Shown here piece after piece: positions 38,601-51,300 of a DNA stretch of 64,000 nt. The notes below the pieces were generated by a model, which made no database searches, was not told where the DNA came from, and saw only the letters and a list, made by a program, of their open reading frames with translations. The translations under genes and the position numbers were made by a program. Each line of letters starts with the position of its first letter. Position 1 is the first letter of the stretch. Source of the stretch: Octopus sinensis. Its lineage: Eukaryota. Location of the stretch: NCBI RefSeq assembly GCF_006345805.1, contig NC_042998.1:183210001-183274000 (forward strand). Reading direction: 5' to 3'.

Positions 38601-39276
38601 TTCTGTTTCTTCTCTGAAATAAAAAAAAACAAAAAAACAAGTTTAAAATTTACCATAAAATTTACTGAGTGGAATTTAACATTCTAATGAAACTAGAGTA
38701 ATTAACAAAACTCCCCAACATTTGAAAGGGAGAACAGAAGAAAGGGTGGTGAATTTAGACAAAGTGTTGAGAAGTTAAAGTATGATGTGAGGAACAGGTT
38801 TATTGTTGTGAAAGAGCATTTGTGGAGAGGCAACTAGAAACAGAGTTAGGGAAGGAAGAGAAGGGACAGAGAAATAGTAGTATCTGTAGTAAGTGAAAGA
38901 GAAAGAGTTATAATGTAGACAGAAGAGTGGATTGAATAAGAGGATGTACTTACTTCTTTTTACGTTTTTTTAGCCTTCGCTTCTCTAATTTCTTCAACTC
39001 TTCATTAGTAGCCATTAAATAAATCTCTAGACTGCTATCATTATTCTAGAACGTTCATAGAAGGAAAAATCAAAATCAAATTAAAAATTAACATAATAAC
39101 ATATAGGCACAGGAGTGGCTGTGTGGTAAGTAGCTTGCTTACCAACCACATGATTCCGGGTTCAGTCTCACTGCGTGGCACCTTGGGCAAGTGTCTTCTA
39201 CTATAGCCTCGGGCCAACCAAAGCCTTGTGAGTGGATTTGGTAAACGGAAACTGAAAGAAGCCCGCCGTATATATG

Positions 39277-39313
<37 letters not shown>

Positions 39314-42300
39314 TGTCCCCCCCCCCGCTCCCCCACAACAGCGCTTGACAATCGATGCTGGTATGTTTTCGTCCCCGTAACTTAGCGGTTTGGCAAAGGA
39401 GACCGATAGAACAAGTACTAGGCTTACAAATGATAAGTCCTGGGGTCGATTTGCTCGACTAAAGGTGGTGCTCCAGCATGGCCACAGTCAAATGACTGAA
39501 GCAAGTAAAAGAGTATAATAAAGTAATGGTTTTTCATATTGTCAAAACATGTCAGGAGAATTAAAATAGAAAGTTGTAATGCTGAAACCTATCCTAAGAG
39601 CATTAACAATTTATATCAAGAGAAACAGATCAAGCTGAAAATTCAAACCAAATTATAAACGTGGTTGGTTAAGGACTTACACATGTACCATAGAATGTAT
39701 GGCATAATAAAAATAATTAGATAATGAAAAAATCTAGATAAAACTGAAGACAACGCCTACACAAAGTAATTTCACCTCCAGCAGATTACAACATTAACCC
39801 TTTCGTTACTATATTTCTGACCAAAATACACCCCTTATGTGTTTCAATTAATTTCTAACGGAGCTCTCGTATTCACTCTTTCTCTTTCTCTTTTACTTGT
39901 TTCAGTCATTTGACTGCGGCCATGCTGGAGCACCGCCTTTAGTCGAGCAAATCGACCCCGGGACTTATTCTTTGTAAGCCCAGTACTTATTCTATCGGTA
40001 AGTGATGGGGACGTAAACACACCAGCATCGGTTGTCAAACAATGCTAGGGGGACAAACACAGACACACAAACACACACACACACATACATATATATATAC
40101 ATATATACGACAGGCTTCTTTCAGTTTCCGTCTACCAAATCCACTCACAAGGCATTGGTCGGCCCGGGGCTATAGCAGAAGACACTTGCCCAAGATGCCA
40201 CGCAGTGGGACTGAACCCGGAACCATGTGGTTGGTTAGCAAGCTACTTACCACACAGCCACTCCTGCGCCTACTGTTTTCATTTTTGGAAAATGAACATC
40301 AGATTCATTATCAAATACCACGTGCTTTTTTTTTTCAGTCATAGAGTTAGATTTATGAAGGTCTTCAGTAGAAAATCCTTCGAATTCTGACTCGCTGCTT
40401 GATATAATGAAATTCGTATCTATTTTTTGACAGAATTACAAATTTTGAAAACACAATAGGAACAAATTTGGGAAAAAAATCTCCCAAAATTCACGGAATT
40501 AAAATTACACTTCGATCGTTGTACAAAACTGTAGATAAACTGTTTATGAAGTATAATCAGTGTTTTCACGAATGTACTAAAGAGATTTGCTCTGATATTC
40601 TCATTTAAATATGAATAGGTAAATACGGGCGGGTTTGGGCGGTTTGGTCGCATTAACCAAAATTTTTTTCGGGCAGCTTTGGGCGGTTTGGTACCGAAAG
40701 GGTTAAATATCATCACACATTATGCAAGGCTTTGTACACGTCTATGGATACGTATAAAAATAGTTCACCTGACAGATGAAGTTGGATCTCTTGGATTAGT
40801 AGACAAAACACCCAAAAGAAAACAGGAGAGTAAGTCTTTAGAAATTACATGTTAAATATGCTTCATTAACCCATTAGCATTCAGATTACTCTGTCAAATG
40901 TAATCCATATTTATTCACATTGTTTTGAATTAATCATGTATGATCTCAAAGCTTCACAATTTTGATAATGTAAATGTTTTAGTCTCAGAATGGCATTGTA
41001 GAGTAAATGCGAGAGGCTGCATCTGGTCAGTCTGAACAAAAAAGAAGTAGAATATTTGGGCCAGTATGGCCGGTTTGCATGCTAGAGGGTTAAATGTCAC
41101 CTTTCAAAACCTCACTGAAGAAACGAATTTTATTAATTACAATGAATTTCATCTATTTGTAGCAACATCTCTTAATTCCATCCAGACCATCCTTTGTTTA
41201 TATTTAAGCACCACCAAGAGACAATGTGGTTTTAAGTGACAAACTCATTATTGATGAGGTCACTAAAGACACACATTTGATTAGTCATGAATGTTTTCAA
41301 ATTTAGCTACTTTAAAACACTTTTTTGCTATTTTGAAATTCTTTCTAAACTGCAAGACATCTCCACACAAATTTAAACTTCTTTTTTTTATGTCTTACTG
41401 GTAACTCTTACTATTCTACTATTAGCCAGTTTAATTCAGTGTTCAGAATTGAGATTTTGGTTCCTAAAAACAAGGACTAATTCAACAATAACTTTAGCGA
41501 TGCATGCAACTCACAGTAGGGCACCTACTTTTGTTTAGCATCTTCTATCAGAGCCTTAGGTTAACTAATACTGTATAAGTGGAATTTGGAAACAGTATGG
41601 AAGCTAGTTATATACATTTACATACATATTTATATGCAAGGGTACCTTTATCTCTCTCTATATCTCTTATTATAAAAGGCAGATTTTATCTGCCTCCCTT
41701 TGTAACTTATAGAAATCTACAATATAGGATTTCTTCAATTACAATTTACCTAGCATTTTTAAGAGTAGAATGCATCGGGTCATGCCAGGTCCAGTTTTTA
41801 AAATTTAAACTCCAATTAAGCAAAATTTACAGAAAACTCACATTCTGGTGTGTATGTCAAATGCTTTTCTTAATGTGGTTTACACCACACGCACACGCAC
41901 ACACACAGTGTGCAACGAATAAAATGAAAGTAAATAGCGACAGAGTGATTTGAGGAAGACTAAACTGAAAGTATTTAAACCACTACTCAAAAAATAAAAA
42001 AACACAGCAAACAGAAACAAATAAATACATAACGATTTACTCCTCACACAATTTCTTTAATTAGAGTTTACCTAAGATTTTTCAAAGTATTCCATTCGGT
42101 CATGCCATAATATATTTCTTTCAATTTCACCCCCAATTAAAACAAAATTCGAGAAAACTCAATATTTTAACATTTCACTCCGAAAGCATTGATGTACATG
42201 TGTGCGTGCGTGAGTGTGTGTGTGTTTGATGGGTTGTGCGACACAGAAAGTATAAGTGAAGTGCTTTTGTTAGTGTGTGTAAAGAGACAGACAGAGTGAA

Positions 42301-45300
42301 AGACAGAAATAACTGAACTTTTTTTATTCACTTTTTGTAGTGAGTGACTGAGAGAGAAAAGAGAGAGAGAGGTTATGTATGTATATATGTATGTATGGCT
42401 TCAGTGACACACACACACAAAAACACATACCTACGTACACCTAAAGCACGCACACACACACACACAAGCGGAGCGCAAACTTCAAAATTTTGGTAGTATT
42501 AATTTGCGAGCGTACTTCTAAGCGCGCGTAATTGAAAGCTTTCACTATGATATCATCACGTGCAAAAAAATTCGAAGGGTTTTGAACAATTGAGATACAG
42601 ATGTCACGCCTGTATTGAAACCATTGCTAAGCTGCCGTAATTGCTTAATTAAGACTTTGTTTAAATTGAAAGGGGCAAATATGTGACGAGGTTGAAAAAA
42701 AATACCCCAGAAAAAAAAATGTACTGCTGGTATTTATATAATTCACTACTATTTTGCTACAATGTCATGAAAAAGAAAAAATTTAGGTATGTAAATCGAA
42801 TTCGCCACCCCCTTTTCCCCGTTTGTGTTTGTGTAAAAAAAATTATTATTTAAGTTTTAAAAATTATTTACTTTGTTCAAAAAATATTAATATTAATTAA
42901 TTTTCAAGAATTATTTAATTTTATTCTGTAAAATAGTAATTAATTCATTTATCTGTAAATCCGCGAGGTTGTTGCTCAGGCACCTAGAATGGTAACCTTC
43001 AACTAACACTATCTCCTCCGAGACCCTGCGGCGCAAGTTGACCAAAATTGAGAGTATGGTAGAAGAAGGGTTGCTCTTCCTTCCGTAGAACATAAAATTC
43101 AAATCGGACCATGTTAACACCAAAAATTATTTACATCAAAAAGATGCTTTTTTCTATGAAAATCCCTATTTTTTATGATTTTTTCACTGCTGTGTCGCCA
43201 CTTTTCGGTGTATTTCGACCAGAAAAATGTCCACAAAATTTTTACTTTTCAAAATTACAATTCCAGCGGGTCGAAACAAACCCGAGCAACGCCGGGCGAT
43301 ACTGCTAGTATATATATAAACGGCAAAATGTCTGTGTGTGTGTGTCCTTAATACAAATCCACAATTTTTCAGTTAGAGGGCTAGCACTTTCTATGGTCAT
43401 TCAAAACCGTCCAAGAGTGGTCGTGCACATCTTTACATTTCCCCAGTCACTCCACAAAGCCATTAAAAAATCAATAGAAGTGACTTTTTTCTGAATTTTC
43501 TATCCAAAACCCAATCAAAATGCCCGAAACTTGATATGCCAATTGAATGCCAGCTAGCTGTATGTGATTGGTTGGAGATTTGGACAGTACTCGCATGTAT
43601 GTGCGCACGCACGCAGCTGTATATGCATGCACTAGCACTATGACCCAGTCATAGTGCTAGTCAATTTATATTGGTGTAGCATAAAAAACATCACTGAGAA
43701 AACCAAAGAAAAAAACAGTACTTTACTAACACATTAGGTTAGCCAATCCGTTATCACTCTCTCAACCAGAAATATTGTGAACTAATGATTGAACTGTTAG
43801 TAATCAATGACACTAATGTTAACAAATCATGATATAAAATTCTATAACAAATAACTCACAAGAATCAAAAAGCTGCTGAGAACAACAGTGCATTTTAATA
43901 TTTTATAACCTATTACATTTTCTATTAATTAATTTCATTTGTGACATTTTGAGCTTTATAAAGACATGATATATTTCAATACGCAACACTATTGCATATG
44001 ACAATGAAGATACTCTATTCTATTCATAGTAGTATTATTAGGGTCCTAGAATATATTTTAAGAACATATCTGAATAATCTGTGGTTAAGAAACTCGCTTT
44101 GTAACCACATGATCCAGTCCCGTTACACGGCAACTTGAGACAAGTTTCTTTTACTATAGCCCTACACTGATCAATGCCTTGTGAGTAAATGTGGTAGACT
44201 GAAACTGTGTGGAAGCCTGTCGTGTGTGTGTGTGTGTGTGTGTGCATTTGTTACCCTTCCACCACCACCTAACAACCAATATGGGTTTGTTTACATCCTC
44301 ATAACTTAGTGATTCAGCAAAAGAGACCAATGAAATAAGCCCCCAAGGCTTAAAAATAAGTACTGAGGTCAAGTCATTTGACTAAATCCTTCAAAGCAGT
44401 GCCCCAGCATTGCCACAGTCGAATAACTAACACAAGTAAAAGACAAAAGACTGCAGCACATTCCTGGCTAAATATCTCTTGTCCACCATAACTTAACACT
44501 TCATAATAATTTTACATCCAATAATGAGAAATCCTTACCAGACATACAAGAACTCTATTTGAAGGATTGGTTTTCATGGCAACTAATCTTTCTTTTGTTT
44601 GACGCATCAATGAACCAATTTTGACACGTTTGATTTGATAAATCTGAAATTAAAAAAAGAACATGGTTAAACTCTAAAGAAATGCATAGTGGGCTGTTGA
44701 GATTTAATCTCAGCAATACGTTCTCTAAAAACCTGCTAGAAATAACAGCGAAATCTCCCTCAAATACCATATTACTGTTTTAAGAGAAAGCAAAAGCACA
44801 CAGGGAATGTAGTTCTAGCTATTCTAAGAAAGATGGAATGGTCTCTGCTCAATCAAAGTGATAAACAATATCCATGTTGCAGCAAGTATAGTTATTTTTC
44901 TTATTTGAGAAGACAATACAATATATGTGCAAAAGAAACTGGAAGAGAGAATGATAGCATATAATTCAGTTACATGTTGCAGTACTGAATGATATATGCA
45001 AAAAAAATTTCAAATGAATCAAAATTTATTTCTTCACTGAGGAGAGAAAACAAAAACTGAATTCTGATTGCTAACAACTCTCAAAGAAATGACCGAATAA
45101 ATTCAAGAAATTAAGAATTATTTCAGAGAAAATTGAATTTTTATGAAATCTGATCATTGTTAGCAGGCAAAGTGATAGTTATATACACGTTTCAGCTTAT
45201 TTAATCTCATCAGTGAAATCTGGCAACATCTACAACAGTTACTATGGTAATAAAAGATAAAATTATAAAGTGTACTAATTAGTACAATCGTACTAGGTAT

Positions 45301-48300
45301 CCTATACTTTTAAACAAACATCAAAATCAAATTCGATGACTGGCATCAGCGCTAGCGGGGTACATAGAGCACCATATGAGTGTGATCGTTGACAGAGCGA
45401 CTAACCAGCTTCCATGCCAGTGGCACATAAAAGGCACCATTTGAGTGTGATCGTTACCAGCGTCGCCTTACTGGCACTTGTGCCCCGTGCTAGTGGGGTG
45501 CTAAGAGTACCATCCGAGCATGATCGTTGCCAGACTGGCTAACTGGCTTCCGTGCCGGTGACACATAAAAGGCACCATTCAAGCGTGATCGTTACCAGCG
45601 TCACCTTACTGGCACCTGTGCCAGTGGCATGTGTAAAAAGATTTGAGTGAGGTCATTGCCAATACCACCTGACTGGCCCCCATGCCGGTGGCACGTAAAA
45701 GCAGCCACTACACTCTCGGAGGAAGGGCATCCAGCTGTAGAAATTTTACCAGATCAAGATTGGAGCATGGTGCAGCAATCTGATTTGCCAGCCCTCAGTC
45801 AAAATCGCCCAACCCATGCTAGCATGGAAAGCGGACGTTAAACGATGATGTACTAAGTATCATATACTTTTAAACAAACATGTAGGGTTAGTGACAGGAA
45901 GAGCATTCAGCTGTAAAAATCTTATCACAAAAAAAAAAAAAACTCCCCATCCAAATAATGCAAGCTTAAAAAACAAGCACTAAATGAATGAACAAACTAA
46001 TTACAATTACTATGGTCATAGTCATTGCAAGTAACCATCATCATCACTTCACCATGCTTATCCCAATATTTGACTGGTACCTTATTTTATCAATCCCAAA
46101 AGAATGAGCAGCAAAGCTGACCCTCGAAGAATTTAAAACCCCAATATTTGACTGGCACTTTATTTTATCAATCCCAAAAGAATGAACAGCAAAGCTGACC
46201 CTCGAAGAATTTAAAACCCCAATATTTGACTGGCACTTTATTTTATCAATCCCAAAAGAATGAACAGCTAAGCTGGCCCTCAAAGAATTTAAAACCCCAA
46301 TATTTGACTGGCACTTTATTTTATCAATCCCAAAAAAATGAACAGCAAAGCTGGCCCTCGAAGAATTTAAAACCCCAATATTTGACCGGTACTTTATTTT
46401 ATCAATCCCAAAAGAATGAACAGCTAAGCCGGCCCTCAAAGTATTTAAAACCCCAATATTTGACTGGCACTTTATTTTATCAATCCCAAAAGAATGAACA
46501 GCTAAGCTGGCCCTCAAAGAATTTAAAACCCCAATATTTGACCGGTACTTTATTTTATCAATCCCAAAAGAATGAGCGGCAAAGCTGGCCCTCGAAGGAT
46601 TTAAATTCAGAATGTAAATTGTCAGAACAACTACTACAAAGCATTTTGCCCAATACTCAATTGATCCAAACAATCAACTATCCTAGTAATATTTCAAATT
46701 TTGGCACAGAGCCAACAGTTTTTGAGGGGAGGAAGAAGTCAGTTACATAGATCCAGTACTTGACTGCTACTAATTTTATTGACCCAGAAAGGACGAAAGG
46801 CAAAGCTGACTTTGGCAGAATTTGAACTCAGAACATAAAGCCAGATGAAATGTCACAGGCACCTTAATAAAAATTAGTTTCAAATTTTAGCACAAGGCCA
46901 ACAAGTTCGAGGAGAGGGGGCTAGTTGATTACATCGACACTAGTGCTCAACTGATACTTATTTTATTGACCCCAATGAAAGGATGAAAGACAAAACTGAC
47001 CTCAGTAGAATTTGAACTGAAAACAAAAAGATGAACAGAATCCACTGAGCATTTTGCTTGGCATGCTAATGATTCTGCCAACTTGCCACTTTGCATTTTT
47101 TGGGGGTTGATAAAATAAAGTGTGTTTACGTCCTCTGTAACTTAGCGGTTCGGCAAAAGAGACCGATAGAATAAGTACTAGGTTTACAAAGAATAAGCCC
47201 TGGGGTCGATTTGCTCAACTAAAGGCGGTGCTCCAGCATGGCCACAGTCAAATGACTGAAACAAGTAAGAGTATAAGCACAAGGCTTGAAATTTCGGTGG
47301 GACGAGGCTTTTCGGTGGGTCAATCACATTGACCCCTTGCTCAACTAGTACTTATTTCATCAACCTCAAAAGGATGAAAGGCAAAGTCAGCCTCAGCAGC
47401 AGCCGTCCAAGAATTTGGACCTGGAGATCTCCATTTCCAACGACTTTGAGGGCCACCTCCCAGTGGTGTCAGACGTCAACAAAGAGCCCTCGACTACAAG
47501 ACGACCAAAGTTTTTTTTTTTTTCCAAGGTCTGGGATCTCCCGCCCCTAAGCCCTACACCATCACCTAATCACCCTTACCCGTCTTGTTGCTTAACAACA
47601 ACAACAACAACAGCCTCACCACCATTTGAACTCAGAACATAAAGAGCCAGAAAAAATGTCACTAAGCATATTGTCCATCTTGCTAACGATTCTTCAGCTG
47701 CTAATTTAACAATAATAATGATGATCATAATAATAATAATAATAATAATTTACAAATTCCTCTTCTTGCTGACTCTCAGTTGAATCTGTTTGGTCCGTTT
47801 TCACTTCTTCAATTCGAGCTTTTTTCAATGGGGCTTCTGAGTCATCTTGTTTGTCCTAGGATGGAAAGAAAATCGTCAAACTATCACTCTAGTAGAGTTA
47901 TTATTAATCAAGATAGCTTTTTACTTTTCTGTCTTCTGTGCAACAATTTTATATGTCACACTAGCAGTATCGCCCGGCGTTACTCGGGTTTGTAAGGGAA
48001 ATAACTATATAAGCATTTTTAGAGATGTAAAGTATAATAGCCATCTCAATATGGCTAACCACAAAGGGGGGGTGTTACTGTAGCTTTTTACGTTCTGAAA
48101 TTTAATAATAAATTTTTAGAGAGTTACTTCCCTTATATATGCCAAAAATGCATTAAAAATGGGGAAAATTGATGGTAAATTTTTTTTTAAATCATAGATT
48201 CATCGTAGACGCGCGCTAATACCCAGAAGGGCTCGATATGAATCACGACTATAAAATACCCGGTTTTGGTTAAACTGCACTGCAAAATGTGGGAGTAGTT

Positions 48301-51300
48301 AGGAATCTAAATCGTAGGAGACAGACAGCACACAACCTCTCTTTTATATATAAAGATTTGCATTTTAATATGGGTTAGATGAGTCCACAAATTTAGATAT
48401 TTACATAAATACACAATTAATATATGTATAGCAATAAAAGTGACCACCAAGCTAAGATATTGGACTAACTCCTTTACCAAGTCGCAAGAGAAGGGACATT
48501 GTGCTGCTTGCCTCAACTTAAAAACATAAACCATAGGGGCCAAAAAGGGCTCACTTGAGCAATTGGAAATAACAGCCAAATATCCTCAAATCACTATCAT
48601 GCTAAAATAGAAAGAATACACTGCCAGATATTTTAAGCATCTCAGCAGTGATTTCTGATGGGCCAGAAGCTTTCTGTCTTCATATCCTTAATTGCATTAT
48701 TCATCAGGCTACTGTCTATTTGGATAGCTGGCCCTTCTGTTGAGTCCATATTAAGTAGACTCTACATTTAGTAGTCTTTCATAGTAGTACTTCCAAGCCT
48801 CTTTGCAGAATCATTATCAAATTTATCCCAAACACTCTGTAAGTACTCACTAATTTTCTGCAGTTTAAATGTTTTTAATTTTTGTACAAATTGCACCAAA
48901 ATAATTTTTTATGCATTTTGTTGTTTAACCCTTTAGCATTTAAACCGGCCATATCCGGCCAAAAGTATTCTGCCTGTTCTATGTTCAAACTGGCCAGATC
49001 TGGTCTCTCACACCAACCCTACAATATCATTTTAAAGATTAACAGCTACCTCATCAAAATCTCATAGCCTCAAGATAATGCATGATTAGTTCAAAACAAT
49101 GAGGACAAAAAAGCATTAGTTTTGGCAGGATAATGCAAACACTAAAGGGTTAAAGTATGCTGCAAGTAAAAAAAAGTTTGAGAAAACTGATCTACATTAA
49201 TATGTAAAAGAATATTTACAGAATTTGATTGAAGTCCCCAGAAACGAAGTTCATTATCAGCACAGCCAGTAATTAATTCTTTATTTTCTGTAACAAGAAT
49301 ATCTGTCACCTGCAAAACAAAAATATTAGGAAATAACATGAATTAAGGGGTACAAGAAGCAACAAGAAAGACTATGATAAAATAAATAAGTAATAAATTA
49401 ATATTTGAGCAGAGCACCACATCGACAGGCCACCGTGACGGTGGCACGTAAAAAGCACCATCCGAGCGTGGCCGTTCGCCAGCCTCGTCTGGCACCTGTG
49501 TCAGTGGCACATAAAAAGCACCCACTACACTCACGGAGTGGTTGGCGTTAGGAAGGGCATCCAGCTGTAGAAATTTCTGCCAGATCAGACTGGGCCTGGT
49601 GCAGCCTTCGGGCTTCCCAGACCCCAGTTGAACCGTCCAACCCATGCCAGCATGGAAAGCAGACGTTAAACGATGATGATGATGATGATTCTCAAATAAT
49701 GATTTTTAACTTTAGTACAAAACCAGAATTCCATTTTTGTGTGAGTTGATACTATTTAATTGACCCCAGAATGTTGAAAGGTGAAGTTGGCATAAACAGA
49801 AAATGAACTCAAATCATGAAAAATAAATTATTTTGACACTCAAAAGAGCTAATAACATACATATCTAGAATTACATTGTACATTCTATAACAGCAGTTTT
49901 TTTATTTGGGTATTCTGTGGCAACCAGAATATGTTATTTCCATGTTGCAATTCTTTCTGTTCACATTTGCTTCATGTTATGTTAGTACACTTAACAATAA
50001 AAATGAAAATGCAGAATTATAGAATACCAGTTAAATGATGAATTCACCTTGATTTATATACTGTTCTCAATATGTTATCCTTTTTATCTTTTTCACTCAT
50101 TTCAGTTATTGGACTGCATTCATGTTGAGGAACTGCCTTGAAGGTTTTTTGTCAACAGATCAACCCCTGTACTTATTTTTAAGTCTGGCACTTATTCTAG
50201 TGGTCTCATTTGCCAAACCAATAAATTATAGGGATGTAAACAAAGCAACACTTACTGACAAGCAGTTGGAGAACAAACACAGACACACACGTGTGTGTGC
50301 AAATATATATACATGGCGTTAGGAAGGGCATCCAGCCGTAGAAACACTGCCAGATCAGACTGGGCCTGATGCAGCCTTCTGGCTTCCCAGACCCCAGTTG
50401 AACCATCCAACCCATGCTAGCATGGAAAGCGGACGCTAAATGATGATGATGATGATATATTTATTTATATATCAGTGTGCATGCGCTTGTGATGGGCTTT
50501 CACAATTTCTGCCAACCATATTCACTCACAAAAAATTGGTCAGCCTGGGGCTATAGTAGAAGACACTTGCCCAAAGTGCTGTGGAGCGGGATTGAACCTG
50601 AAACCAGACGGTAGCTAAATGTGCTTTTTAACCACACATTTATGCCTGTGCCTACTTAGTATCTTTTATTAAATCTTTGGAGATGAAGGCTCCTGGTGCT
50701 TTTCCATTGAAGATGGAACCATTTTTCTCTAATCCATATCATGATGGATAATTAACCATTAAAACTGTTGGTAAAAGAAAAAATAGCTATGCATAACAAT
50801 TTCTTTCAGTTTATATTTGCTTTTACAATTAACATTTGACTGTCACAATAAGGTTTAACCTCATGTTTATAAGATTAGCTTAACTTCACATGCATTGTAT
50901 ATCCTGTAACAATATTATTTTCATTTACAAGGCAGCAAGCTGGCAGAATCGTTAGCATGTTGGGCAAAATGCTTAACAGCATTCCATTTGTCTTTACATT
51001 CTGAATTCAAATTCTTCTGAGGATGACTTTGCCTTTAATCCATTTGGGGTAGATAAAATAAATACCTATTTCTTTACTACCCACAAGGGGCTAAACACAG
51101 AGAGGACAAACAAGAACAGATGAACGAATTAAGTCGATTATATCGACCCCAGTACGTACTGGTACTTATTTAATCAACCCCGAAAGGATGAAAGTAAAGT
51201 CGACCTTGGCAGAATTTTAACTCACAACGTAGCAGCAGACGAAATAACACTGAGCATTTCGCCTGGCATGCTAATGTTCCTGCCAGCTCGCCGCCTTAGG

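Noticed and set aside
46063-46608. CRISPR-like regular array (also 27600-27900)
   Set aside because: The units are contiguous with no unique spacers, the context is eukaryotic, and there are no cas genes.
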